Source of the DNA: an uncultured cyanobacterium
GTDB lineage: Bacteria; Cyanobacteriota; Cyanobacteriia; CAKZMO01
DNA: 64,000 nt
Assembly: GCA_963719515.1 (NCBI GenBank)
Contig: CAVRCJ010000010.1
Span: forward strand, 768,001-832,000
Reading direction: 5' to 3'
Below are positions 1-9,004 of this stretch, one piece after another. The notes beneath the pieces are model-generated. The model was not told the origin of the DNA. It ran no database searches and was given only the letters and a program-made list of their open reading frames with translations. Position numbers and translations under genes: made by a program. Position 1 is the first letter of the stretch. The number at the start of each line of letters is the position of its first letter.

Positions 1-1087
1 CCACATGCTTCCAGAGAATGCCGAAGTCCTCCTCATGCAGGCAGACGGCGTTTTCGATGCTGGCTACGTCGCCTTTGGAGGTGGCCAAAAAGGCGTCGAA
101 GTAGTGAATTTCGCCCAGACAGTCGCAGCCTAGCGTTAAGGAGTTGGCCAGCGAGCCGACGCCGTACTCCCCCACGTCAAAGGCATTTTTGCGGTAGTGG
201 TGAGACCGGGGGTCGCCGTAGGGCACGGTCATTTCAGCCAGAGAAGCCCGGTAAATTACGGGACGCTCCTCCCCTTGGTCATTGTAGGTGATGGTATAGA
301 GCACCAGCCCTTCTCTGGGGGTAAAGGCGACTCTCATCTTCCACTTTTGCCAGCTGATTTCGTGGCCGTTGACCGTAAAGCTCGGCCCTTCCGGCTGCAC
401 AATTTCTAGGGGCTTGATGTCCTGGCGGTAGTTCTTGACGTATTCGGTAGAGTAGTTGCCGTCTTTGGGCGGCAGGGGCACCACGCCGTGGTCCTCCACG
501 CGCACCAGCTCCATTTTGTTGAGGTCCACTACCGGAATCACCCCTTCAATGGGACGGGCGTAGCCGTTGTCGGTGGGGTTAGCCCTCACCCAGCACAGGG
601 CCCGCGAGAGCCTTACGCCTTTCTCGTCTGCGATGCCGTAGTTGCCCGCCGACCAGGAGTCTACCATCACTAGACTGGGGTCAGTAATGCCGCGCTTAGC
701 GATCGCCGCCTGAAAGTCGGGGTCTGCCTTAACGGCCTCTTCGCACGCCAAGAATTCATCCAGCATGATGGGGGGCTGCACGCCCGGAATGTGCTCCCAG
801 CGGGTGACGGTGCGGCTGGCTAGGTCTATATCGGCTTCGTAGGTTTTGGCCGTGCTGCTGTCCAGGAGAATGAGGAAAGCTGACCGCTTCACGGCATCAC
901 CCGGCGTAAAGGCGAGTACAGCGTCTTTAGCGGGTTCTTTGAGGGTGACGGTGGCGAAGCGGAAGCTGCCGCCGAGGGGTTTGGCCTCGCGGAGAGCGGC
1001 GACGGCGGTTTCGATTTCCGCTGGGGTTAGGGGATCTAGAGGGTGGGCGATCGTTTGGGTTTGGACTCGTTCTTGAGCAATAGTCAT
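1..1087 (-). CDS. tynA: Copper-containing primary amine oxidase, N-terminal ~362 aa (continues past the left edge)
   Basis: Absent from the ORF track. Manual translation from ATG 1087 gives MTIAQERVQTQTIAHPLDPLTPAEI...DNGYARPIEG...WQKW...FTPREGLVL...SLAEMTVPYGDP...KNAFDVGEYG...LGCDCLG...LHEEDFGILWKH, open to base 1. These are hallmark Cu/TPQ amine oxidase motifs. Confidence 0.93.
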   Translation of the reverse strand, partial: MTIAQERVQTQTIAHPLDPLTPAEIETAVAALREAKPLGGSFRFATVTLKEPAKDAVLAFTPGDAVKRSAFLILLDSSTAKTYEADIDLASRTVTRWEHIPGVQPPIMLDEFLACEEAVKADPDFQAAIAKRGITDPSLVMVDSWSAGNYGIADEKGVRLSRALCWVRANPTDNGYARPIEGVIPVVDLNKMELVRVEDHGVVPLPPKDGNYSTEYVKNYRQDIKPLEIVQPEGPSFTVNGHEISWQKWKMRVAFTPREGLVLYTITYNDQGEERPVIYRASLAEMTVPYGDPRSHHYRKNAFDVGEYGVGSLANSLTLGCDCLGEIHYFDAFLATSKGDVASIENAVCLHEEDFGILWKHV

Positions 1088-1132
1088 GGGTAGAGTTCTT
1101 TAGACTTCTTGGGCAGTGGTTAAAGGGCTGAA

Positions 1133-1519
1133 GGCCCCCTCCGCCGCTAGTTCTGGGGGGCTAGGCTATGCGTTTGAAGCGATCGCTGTCATTGATTTTG
1201 AGAAGATCTAGCGTCACTAGCTCCCCCAAGAATTGGGGGCTGGGGGGCCTTTTCAAGGGGTAGAACATTCAGAGAATCACAAGGCATAAATTTTAGTGAC
1301 CAGTAACGCACCGACTGGGGTTGATGGAACCTGGCTGCTTGGGGGCCTATCCCCCAAACCCCCTTGGCTGGGGGACGAGTTGCCTCCCTCAGCGGCCTCC
1401 TACAAACGGCGGTGTCTGTGAGACGGTTTAAATGTAGGGTGGGTTGATGAGGGAAGCCCACCCTTTCTCGCAGGCGCATCGGTTTCAGTAGGGTGGATTA
1501 ACGTAAGGGAGCCTACCCT
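1133..1519. repeat. Cluster of palindromic repeats: a CCCCCAAGAATTGGGGG-type inverted pair (~1133-1160 and ~1221-1248), a ~75-bp dispersed repeat (1333-1406) and two GTAGGGTGG REP-like units
   Basis: Imperfect palindromes read directly. The 1333-1406 unit recurs at 49656-49730 and, inverted, at 49904-49984. Confidence 0.7.
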
Positions 1520-1539
1520 TTATTGCGATCGCGTCACGC

Positions 1540-2973
1540 TTACGTCACGCTTACGGCCAGCGGCTTAGCTGCCTCAACCGTCAATTCCTCATCACCGAGC
1601 TCAGACAACAGCTGCTCCGCCAGCTTACGCTTGCCCTCAGCATCCAGCTTCTTCACCTCGTTGTGCAGCACCCGCTCATTCACCGACTGATTCCAGTAGT
1701 CTAGGACATCAAACCCCAGCAGCGCCGACTTGCCCACAAACTGCCGCAGCACTTCGTTTGTCGGCCCCATTACCCAGCCTGCTTTGCCGTCCCGCAGGTA
1801 GCGCTCCACCTCCATATCTTTCTTAAAGCCCGAGCCGCCGCAGGCGTGGAGCATCTTGTCGCAGACGTGGGCCACGTTCTTGGCCGCCGCAAACTTGATC
1901 TGCCAATACCAATGCAGGTAGGCCGAGCGCGGTAGGGCCGTCAAATCATCATGAATGGTCCAGTCACAGTCTTTTGTGAGCTGGTCCATCAGCTGCCCCA
2001 TCGAAAAGGTGTACATGCGGCAGGCGCTGGTGTCTATTACCCCTTCGCCAAAGTAGTCCTGAATAGTGGGGTAGTCGGCCACCCGCATCCCTACGTCAGC
2101 GTGTTTTTTGCGGGTGACGTGCTTTTTGGCGATATCCATCGCGCCTAGAGCAATGCCGTTCCAGCAGGCAGAGGAGCACAGCAGGAAAAACGGATCGACA
2201 ATCTCATCGTTGGAGGCGACGCCGTCGCCCTTGGTGCCCACCATCCGCTGCGTGGGAATATCTACCCCATCCACCAGCAGCGTCCCCGACTGGTTGCCCC
2301 GCAGGCCCATGGCGTCCCACTTGTGGGGCTCGGCCTGCACCTCGTCGCGATAGATCAAAAAGCAGGACAAATCAGAAAAGTCCCCGGCAAAGTCGGGGCT
2401 GCTAGTCTGCACAATATACCAATCGGCAAAACCCGCCGAGGTGGTCCAGGAGGCCCGCTTCGAGACGCGCCAGCCGTCGTCAGTAGCTTCGGCTTTGGAG
2501 GAAACGGGGTACCAAAAGTGGGAGCCGGTTTCGGGGTCGGAGTAGGACAGGGTGCCAATGAAGACGTCTTGGTCTAGCCGCCTCAGCAGCTCCTGAATCT
2601 CTGGGTTCTGATGCGCCCGAAACAGGGCGGCGGCGACGGCCCCGAGGTGCATGGTGTAACACATGGCCGTGCTGGGGCAGCCGTAGCGGGCGATAGTTTC
2701 TACGACCATGGCGGCACAAACGTGGTTTTCCCCCAGACCGCCCCACGTCTTAGGAACAAGCAGCCCCAGCAGCCCTAAGGACGCCAGCGCCTCAAAGTTT
2801 TCGCGCGGGTAGATGAGGTTGCGGTCTGAGGCGATCGCATTGGGCCGCAGTACGGTGGCGCATAGGTCAATCAGCTGCTGTTGGAGCTGCTGCTGCTCGG
2901 GGGTGAGCAACCACTGGGGGTCAAAGTCGTCGCTGAGGCCGGTGAAAGGTTCGCCGTTCCAGGTTTTTGCCAT
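1540..2973 (-). CDS. Acyl-CoA dehydrogenase-fold flavoprotein
   Basis: 477 aa with ACAD-family motifs (SYSDPETGS, W.T, WDAMGLRGNQSG, CGGSGF, ERYLRD). Confidence 0.88.
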   Translation of the reverse strand: MAKTWNGEPFTGLSDDFDPQWLLTPEQQQLQQQLIDLCATVLRPNAIASDRNLIYPRENFEALASLGLLGLLVPKTWGGLGENHVCAAMVVETIARYGCPSTAMCYTMHLGAVAAALFRAHQNPEIQELLRRLDQDVFIGTLSYSDPETGSHFWYPVSSKAEATDDGWRVSKRASWTTSAGFADWYIVQTSSPDFAGDFSDLSCFLIYRDEVQAEPHKWDAMGLRGNQSGTLLVDGVDIPTQRMVGTKGDGVASNDEIVDPFFLLCSSACWNGIALGAMDIAKKHVTRKKHADVGMRVADYPTIQDYFGEGVIDTSACRMYTFSMGQLMDQLTKDCDWTIHDDLTALPRSAYLHWYWQIKFAAAKNVAHVCDKMLHACGGSGFKKDMEVERYLRDGKAGWVMGPTNEVLRQFVGKSALLGFDVLDYWNQSVNERVLHNEVKKLDAEGKRKLAEQLLSELGDEELTVEAAKPLAVSVT

Positions 2974-3012
2974 GGGTTAAATCATTAATTGGGGTGGAAA
3001 TATAGGGGCAAA

Positions 3013-3909
3013 TCAGGCGGCGATCGCCGATTTTGCCAGCGGGTCAGCGCAGTAGTCGGCTAGGAAAGGCGTCCGGTAGCCGTCCTCCTGCCACAGGATC
3101 GGGAAAAAGCTCTCATCCATCGCCGTGTCCCCCACCCGCTTGTAGCGGCCATAGATGTAGCCCGCCGGGTTCGTCGGGTGAAATCGCGCCACCGACGGCA
3201 GCGTATGCAGGCCAATGCTGTGGAAGCAACCCTCAGTGCGCGTTGTTGGACATAGCCCGTGCCAGGTCCGTCCGTGGTGGAAGGCGCAGCCCCCCGCCGG
3301 AACATCTACCACCACCACCTCAGGTTCCGCGACCCCGGCCTGCTCAGCCGCTTGCAGCATCGCCCAGCGGTAGTCTTTAGTGGGCGCGTGGAACTCTCCC
3401 GCCACGTCGATTAGCGGCCATTTGTGGGATCCCTTCGCATAAATCAGCGTCCCGTCTGCCGCCGTTGCGTTGTCCAGCGCTACCCAGCAGGTCATCATCG
3501 CGGCGGGGTCGAGGTAGTCCACATAGGCCCCGTCCTGATGCATGGCGATCGCCTTCGCTTGGGGGGGCTTTACCCAAAGGCTGTCCTGCCCGATGCGCGC
3601 GCCGCTCCACCCTGCAAGGGCAGCCGTCAAGCGGCCAATTTCGGAGGAGAGCACCAGGCTGGCCACCGTGCGATCGCTCTTCCAGCCGTTGCAGATTTCT
3701 CGGGTGACGTCGGGGAGGCTCAGGCCAGGCCGCCAGTGCCACTCGTCGGGGTAAACGCCGGTCTCGAAGTCGCCATGAAACATGGGTCCCAGGCGGCTAG
3801 CGAGCTGCTGGGCAAACTCTGAAGGTAGGAAATTCTCTACGATCAAAAATCCGTCAGTTTGAAACTGGTGGATTTGTTCTCTAGATAGGGTTATGGGCTG
3901 GTAGTCCAT
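3013..3909 (-). CDS. Phytanoyl-CoA dioxygenase (PhyH) family Fe(II)/2-oxoglutarate oxygenase
   Basis: 298 aa with FQTDGFL, HQD (HxD), CWVALD, GSHKW and a distal His in RTWHG. Confidence 0.9.
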   Translation of the reverse strand: MDYQPITLSREQIHQFQTDGFLIVENFLPSEFAQQLASRLGPMFHGDFETGVYPDEWHWRPGLSLPDVTREICNGWKSDRTVASLVLSSEIGRLTAALAGWSGARIGQDSLWVKPPQAKAIAMHQDGAYVDYLDPAAMMTCWVALDNATAADGTLIYAKGSHKWPLIDVAGEFHAPTKDYRWAMLQAAEQAGVAEPEVVVVDVPAGGCAFHHGRTWHGLCPTTRTEGCFHSIGLHTLPSVARFHPTNPAGYIYGRYKRVGDTAMDESFFPILWQEDGYRTPFLADYCADPLAKSAIAA

Positions 3910-3996
3910 GCAGAAAACGCCTTACCGAAAGGGAGTTTGATAGGGGCTGGCTAGATAGACCAGTTGACAAACTCAGCTTGTCCATCTCTACTTGTC

Positions 3997-4037
3997 ATAA
4001 TAAGTTCGCGCCTCAAACAAACAGTAGCCCCGACTAC
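3997..4037 (-). promoter_or_regulatory. Probable NtcA-activated promoter of the phyH-ACAD-amine oxidase unit
   Basis: GTA-GCCCCGAC-TAC (GTA-N8-TAC) at 4024-4037. A TATTAT -10 lies on the minus strand at 4002-3997, 21 nt away, close to the canonical ~22. Confidence 0.7.
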
Positions 4038-4076
4038 CGTTGTAAAACTCCGTCATAAAACTGAACCTGGCTTACC

Positions 4077-4809
4077 ATGACCCAATCTTCCACCATCCCT
4101 GCCCTGCCGCTCGTTCAATCCGGCCACCTCCATATCGCCGCCAGCGATTTCGACGCGCGCCCCATGAGCTACGTCTCTGACAGCACTCGCAGCGGTTATG
4201 AGCCTGAGCTAGCCCGCATTCTGTGCGATCGCCTCGGACTCGCCCCCACCTGGCACAATTTGCCGATGGAGGAGTTTTACACCTGCTTTGAGACAGGCCG
4301 CTACGACGCGGTGTGGTTTAACCAGGCCGTTACCCCGGAACGCCAGCAGAAAGGTCGCGTTTACCCAGCCTTACGGCCTGTTTGATGAGGCCGTATTGGT
4401 TCAGCAGGGCAGCGGCATCGCCTCCCCAGAAGATCTGCGCGGCAAGCGGGTGGGCGGACTAGCCGACAGCACCAATATCGCTCTGGTGGAGGGCTTTCCA
4501 GAGGCGATCGCCGTCCCGTACCCCGGCAGCGATAAGGTGCTGCCCGAGATGCTGGAAGCGCTGCGCAAGGGGGAGATTGACGCCCTGATTGACGACGAGC
4601 TGGTGCTGGTGGTGGCTGCGGAGGAAGACCCAACCCTACAGCTGGCGTTCACGCTGCCGACCCGAGTACCCTTCGCTATTGCGGTTTCCCCCGATAAGCC
4701 AGAACTGCTGGCAGCGCTAAATGGGGCGATCGCTGAGATGCTGGCAGACGGTGCCCTGCAGCAGCTGTGGAGCAAGTGGATTCCCTGGAAACCATTTCCG
4801 CTTGAATAG
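4077..4809 (+). pseudogene. Family 3 (polar amino acid type) solute-binding protein split by a one-base frameshift near 4350-4354
   Basis: ORFs 4077-4385 and 4288-4809 join into one 243-aa SBP (...VTPERQQK/VAFTQPYG...) if one base of CAGAAAGGTC is removed. This may be a real lesion or a sequencing error. Confidence 0.8.
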
Positions 4810-4820
4810 TAGTCCTATCT

Positions 4821-4845
4821 GTAGGGTGGGCATTGCCTACCCTAC
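4821..4845 (+). repeat. GTAG-type REP palindrome
   Basis: GTAGGGTGGGCATTGCCTACCCTAC just after the SBP stop codon. Confidence 0.7.
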
Positions 4846-4875
4846 GCAGCTCGAATAGAGTATTTGGTCCATAAG

Positions 4876-4889
4876 GTAATCCGCGATAC
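4876..4889 (+). promoter_or_regulatory. NtcA-type box upstream of the GS-like gene
   Basis: GTA-ATCCGCGA-TAC ends 61 nt before ATG 4951. The matching -10 is only TTTACT (imperfect). Confidence 0.65.
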
Positions 4890-4950
4890 AAACTCGTCAT
4901 AACGAGTTCGCTTTACTGGGGCCAACGTTTCAACCACTGGAGCCCGAGCA

Positions 4951-6462
4951 ATGACTGGAGTGATAGCCCGAGCAGCAACAGCCGATCCCAGCACGACGGA
5001 TCTCCATGCCTACGTCAATGCAGAAGGGCGGAGCGACTTAGTTGCCCAGGTGCGATCCAAAATCCGCGAGCTGGGCATTCAGTACATCTACTACCAATTC
5101 GTCTCGGTGACCGGGCGCATCGTCGGCAAGGGCATTCCCGCCGACCATTGGGAGACCACGGCAGAAAACGGCTTTCAGCTGGTCTACGGCGCAACGGTGA
5201 ATCTAGCCATCAATCGCCACCGCAACTACATGGGCTACGGGCCAGAGGCGGCAGAGCTGGTGGCCATCCCGGACCCGGAAACCTTTTGCCAGCTGCCCTG
5301 GGACAAGCGCGTGGCGCGGGTCTACTGCGTCTGCTTTCGCAACCGCGAGGAAGTGGAGGAGGCTGGGGCGTTTCTCACCGCCGACTGCCGGGGTAACCTG
5401 AAGCGCATCCACGCTGACTTTCAGGCCACCCACGGTTTGCATCTGCGCCACGGCTGCGAGCCGGAGATGATGTGGCTCAAGAAAGGGCCGGACGGTAAGC
5501 CTAACGGCGGTGTTACCAAGCCCAACTGCTACCACATCGACCAGTTTGAAGAGCTGCGCCCTGTCTTCCTACGGGTGATTGAGTACAGCCGCGCTATGGG
5601 CCTGGACATGATTCAGGGGGATCATGAAGATGCGCCGGGTCAGCTCGAGCTGAACTTCATGTATGACGATGCCCTGCGCACCTGCGATCGCCTCACCACC
5701 TACCGGCAGATCTGCGCCCAGGTAGCCCGCGAGTTCGATCTGATTGCCTGCTTCATGTCCAAGCCGTTCTTGGGAGTGTCGGCCTCAGGCTGTCACCACA
5801 ACCTGTCGCTTTGGGACGGCGGCAGCGACAAAGCAAACACCTTTGATCTTGAAACCCTACCGGGAATGGAGGAGAATTTCACCTACCGCAAGGGCGGAGA
5901 AAACACCTTCATGCCCGTGGAGGGAGAATCTCGTCGCATTCCGGGGCCGGTGGGCCTCAAGTGCATTGGCGGCGTGATTGAGCATTTAGGAGCCTTGACG
6001 GCGATCGGCTGCTCCACGGTGAACTCCTACCGCCGTCTGTGGGATGCGGGCTTTTGGGCTCCGGTTTATTCCGACTGGGGCTACCAAAATCGCACCTGCG
6101 GGCTGCGGGTATCCGCGCCGGGGCGGTTTGAGTATCGGGCGGTAGATTCGATGGTGAACCCCTACCTGATGGCGGGGGCGCTGCTGAAGGCCTTTGACGA
6201 TGGCCTCACCCGAAATCTCGACCCCGGCGAGCCGGAGCAGCGCAACATCTATGAGGCAATGGAAACCGGCAAGCAGGTGACGAAACTGCCCATGTGCCTG
6301 GGAGAAGCGGTAGACCGGCTCGCAGAAGATGAGGTGATCAAGTCGGCAATGCCGGGGGATATGCACCGGCTTTACGACGAGTATAAGCGGGATGAGTGGG
6401 AGCGCTTTTTGGCGACCACCAGCAACTGGGACAGTGAGGAGTACATGGACTGCCTGCCGTAG
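4951..6462 (+). CDS. Glutamine synthetase-like gamma-glutamyl-amine ligase
   Basis: 503 aa with GCEPE, DHEDAPGQLE, SGCHHNLS, NRT and FEYR...NPY. The flap reads GFWAP (Trp) instead of the GFEAP of true GS. Confidence 0.88.
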   Translation: MTGVIARAATADPSTTDLHAYVNAEGRSDLVAQVRSKIRELGIQYIYYQFVSVTGRIVGKGIPADHWETTAENGFQLVYGATVNLAINRHRNYMGYGPEAAELVAIPDPETFCQLPWDKRVARVYCVCFRNREEVEEAGAFLTADCRGNLKRIHADFQATHGLHLRHGCEPEMMWLKKGPDGKPNGGVTKPNCYHIDQFEELRPVFLRVIEYSRAMGLDMIQGDHEDAPGQLELNFMYDDALRTCDRLTTYRQICAQVAREFDLIACFMSKPFLGVSASGCHHNLSLWDGGSDKANTFDLETLPGMEENFTYRKGGENTFMPVEGESRRIPGPVGLKCIGGVIEHLGALTAIGCSTVNSYRRLWDAGFWAPVYSDWGYQNRTCGLRVSAPGRFEYRAVDSMVNPYLMAGALLKAFDDGLTRNLDPGEPEQRNIYEAMETGKQVTKLPMCLGEAVDRLAEDEVIKSAMPGDMHRLYDEYKRDEWERFLATTSNWDSEEYMDCLP

Positions 6463-6557
6463 CCTAAACGCCCAACCCTAGACGCCTGCCTCTAACCGCC
6501 CAATATAGCCTGCACGCCTGCAGCCACCTGAGAAACAATCAATTGGAAAAGTCTTCG

Positions 6558-7961
6558 ATGATAACAACTAAATTTGACGTCAGATCCCACGGACTGCGCT
6601 TGGTCAGCGCTAGCAGTCTGGTGCTGGGAATCTTGGCCCCCTCACCCAAGGCGATCGCGGTAGAGTGCGGCCCTTCCCCAGAATCGCCCCAGTCTCATAT
6701 GCTGCCAGTCAATGCCGACACCGTGCATTGGGGATACTTCAGTCAGACTTTAGACCCGCAGCTGGTGATTCACTCCGGCGATACGGTGACGGTAGACACC
6801 TTGACCCACCACGCCAATGACGCCCCAGAGCTGATGGTGACCGGCGATCTAGGGGCAGAGAGCGTCTACGCCTGGACGGAAGACTTCAAGGGCGTCGATC
6901 GTCGGGGGGCGGGATCGGTAGACCCAGAGGTGTATGAAAACGGGGCTGGACAAGGCTTCGGGGTGCATATTCTCACCGGGCCGATTTACGTCTGTGGGGC
7001 TGAGCCTGGCGACGTCATCGAAGTGGAAATTCTTGAGGTGACGCCCCGTCCCAGCGCTAATCCAGAGTATGACGGACGCACCTTTGGCAGTAATGCAGCC
7101 GCCTGGTGGGGGTTTCACTATAGCGACCTCATCGAAGAGCCCAGCGATCGCGAAGTCATCACGATTTACGAACTCGACGCCACGGGAGAGCAGGACTACG
7201 CTACCGCTCTATTCAACTTCCAGTGGACTCCGCAAACCGATCCGTTTGGCGTGGTTCACCCCACCATCGATTACCCTGGTGTACCGGTGGACCCCGAGAC
7301 CGTGACCCGGAATTACGATGTGCTGGAAGGTATTGAAGTGCCGGTTCGACCGCACTTTGGCGTCATTGGCCTCGCCCCTAGTGAAGCTGACATTGTAGAT
7401 TCCGTGCCGCCTAGCTACTTTGGCGGTAATATTGACAACTGGCGCATTGGCGCTGGCGCCACGATGTACTACCCCGTAGCGGTCGCTGGTGGACTGCTGT
7501 CCCTAGGGGATCCCCATGCTGCCCAAGGGGATTCAGAGCTAGCGGGCACCGCCATCGAGACCTCCCTGACGGGAACGATTCGGGTCCATGTCCATCGCCA
7601 AGACGAGCTGCCCGGTACGGTGCTAGAAGGCCTTTACTATCCCCTGCTGGAAACAGAAACTGAGTATGTGGTCCACGGGTTTAGCTACGCCAACTACCTG
7701 GAAGAATTAGGGGAAACGGCGCAGCAAGACATCTACAATAACTCCTCCATCGATGAGGCAATGCGGGACGCCTTCCGCAAGCTGCGCCATTTTCTCATGA
7801 CGACTCAGGGGCTCAGTGAGGATGAGGCGATTACGCTGATGTCCGTGGCCGCTGACTTTGGCATTACGCAGGTGGTGGACGGCAACTGGGGCGTCCACGG
7901 CATTCTCGAAAAAGAGGTGCTTGTGCCTTCGCCTGAAGCGCTGCCGGATGCGACGGAGTAA
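6558..7961 (+). CDS. Acetamidase/formamidase (FmdA/AmdA) family protein with a predicted signal peptide
   Basis: VHWGYF, HILTGPIYVCGAEPGD, GGNIDN, GDPHAAQGDSE and TAIET motifs. The hydrophobic N-terminus ends in AIA. Confidence 0.88.
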   Translation: MITTKFDVRSHGLRLVSASSLVLGILAPSPKAIAVECGPSPESPQSHMLPVNADTVHWGYFSQTLDPQLVIHSGDTVTVDTLTHHANDAPELMVTGDLGAESVYAWTEDFKGVDRRGAGSVDPEVYENGAGQGFGVHILTGPIYVCGAEPGDVIEVEILEVTPRPSANPEYDGRTFGSNAAAWWGFHYSDLIEEPSDREVITIYELDATGEQDYATALFNFQWTPQTDPFGVVHPTIDYPGVPVDPETVTRNYDVLEGIEVPVRPHFGVIGLAPSEADIVDSVPPSYFGGNIDNWRIGAGATMYYPVAVAGGLLSLGDPHAAQGDSELAGTAIETSLTGTIRVHVHRQDELPGTVLEGLYYPLLETETEYVVHGFSYANYLEELGETAQQDIYNNSSIDEAMRDAFRKLRHFLMTTQGLSEDEAITLMSVAADFGITQVVDGNWGVHGILEKEVLVPSPEALPDATE

Positions 7962-8009
7962 TCAGGCTGGCAACAAAAGACGGCGGTAGGGTCTTGAGAT
8001 TCCAAAGGA

Positions 8010-8837
8010 TCAGTCCGTAACCGCCGTCACCACCTCATGAAAACCATCCCCCTCAGAGGCCTGCGTCACCGCGCGGGGATGATGGGATAGCCGGGACCAG
8101 TAATGCTCGATGTTGGCCACCCCCACCGAGCGCGGGAACTGCGAGGGATTAAATAAGCTCTCGTCGTTGGGGCTATCGCCGACGGTCAGCACCGAGTCGC
8201 GCTCTAGATGCGGGTAGGTTTCCCGCAGTACCCAAGCCACTGCGTTCGCCTTAGTTTGGTCTAACGCCGACAGGTGGCACTGCACCGTACTGTAGGTAAA
8301 TCCCCAGCCCGCCGCCCGGCAGCGATCGCCTATCAGCTGCAGTTCCTCTGCCGTCAAGCCCGCCACGTCAAACGTCCAGTCCGTCAACCGAAATGCGTTG
8401 TCCGTGGACTCTTTTATCTGCGGAACGTCGCTCTTGAGGCTTTCAAACAACTGCCTGAGCGCCTGCCGATGGGCGACTAGGTTTGCCAACAGCACAGGGT
8501 CTAGAAGCTGATAGTCCCCGTCACGGGAGCAGAATACGCCGCCGTTCTCCGCGATCGCCCCCGCCACGGGAAAGTAGTGGGCGAAAGCGCTCACCCAGCC
8601 TGCCGAGCGCCCCGTCACCAAAATCACCTCAACGTCGGCCTGCTGCAGGCGCGTCAAATCCTGCAGCAGCTGCGGGGTCATCTGTCCGTCCCGCGTCAGG
8701 GTGCCATCGACATCAGTGGCGATTAGGCGAATGGCGCTCAGGTCTTGGCTTGATAGGGGCTGAGGTAGAGGCATGAGGTTACGGGAAACAGCGTTATCGG
8801 GCAGCGTCATAGGAAAAGTGTATAGGCTGAGAGTCAC
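8010..8837 (-). CDS. HAD-superfamily hydrolase, subfamily IIB (start uncertain)
   Basis: DVDGTLT, VTGRS, AENGG and VGDSPNDE motifs. Confidence 0.88.
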   Translation of the reverse strand: MTLSLYTFPMTLPDNAVSRNLMPLPQPLSSQDLSAIRLIATDVDGTLTRDGQMTPQLLQDLTRLQQADVEVILVTGRSAGWVSAFAHYFPVAGAIAENGGVFCSRDGDYQLLDPVLLANLVAHRQALRQLFESLKSDVPQIKESTDNAFRLTDWTFDVAGLTAEELQLIGDRCRAAGWGFTYSTVQCHLSALDQTKANAVAWVLRETYPHLERDSVLTVGDSPNDESLFNPSQFPRSVGVANIEHYWSRLSHHPRAVTQASEGDGFHEVVTAVTD

Positions 8838-9004
8838 AGCGTTGCGTAGGAGCCGTGCACTGAGGCTCTATGCTCTGTGCAATGTATGCAATGCCCAGAC
8901 TGTCATAGCGGCTGCAGGGTTTGGGCGGAGCGCTGATAGCAATTATGGCAATTGTCTCGGTCATCAAGGCAGAAACGGGATGGGGATGGACTTGGCGAGG
9001 CCGA

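Noticed and set aside
4340..4360. Programmed ribosomal frameshift in the SBP gene
   Set aside because: No X-XXY-YYZ heptamer or clear stimulatory structure is present; a simple indel is more likely.
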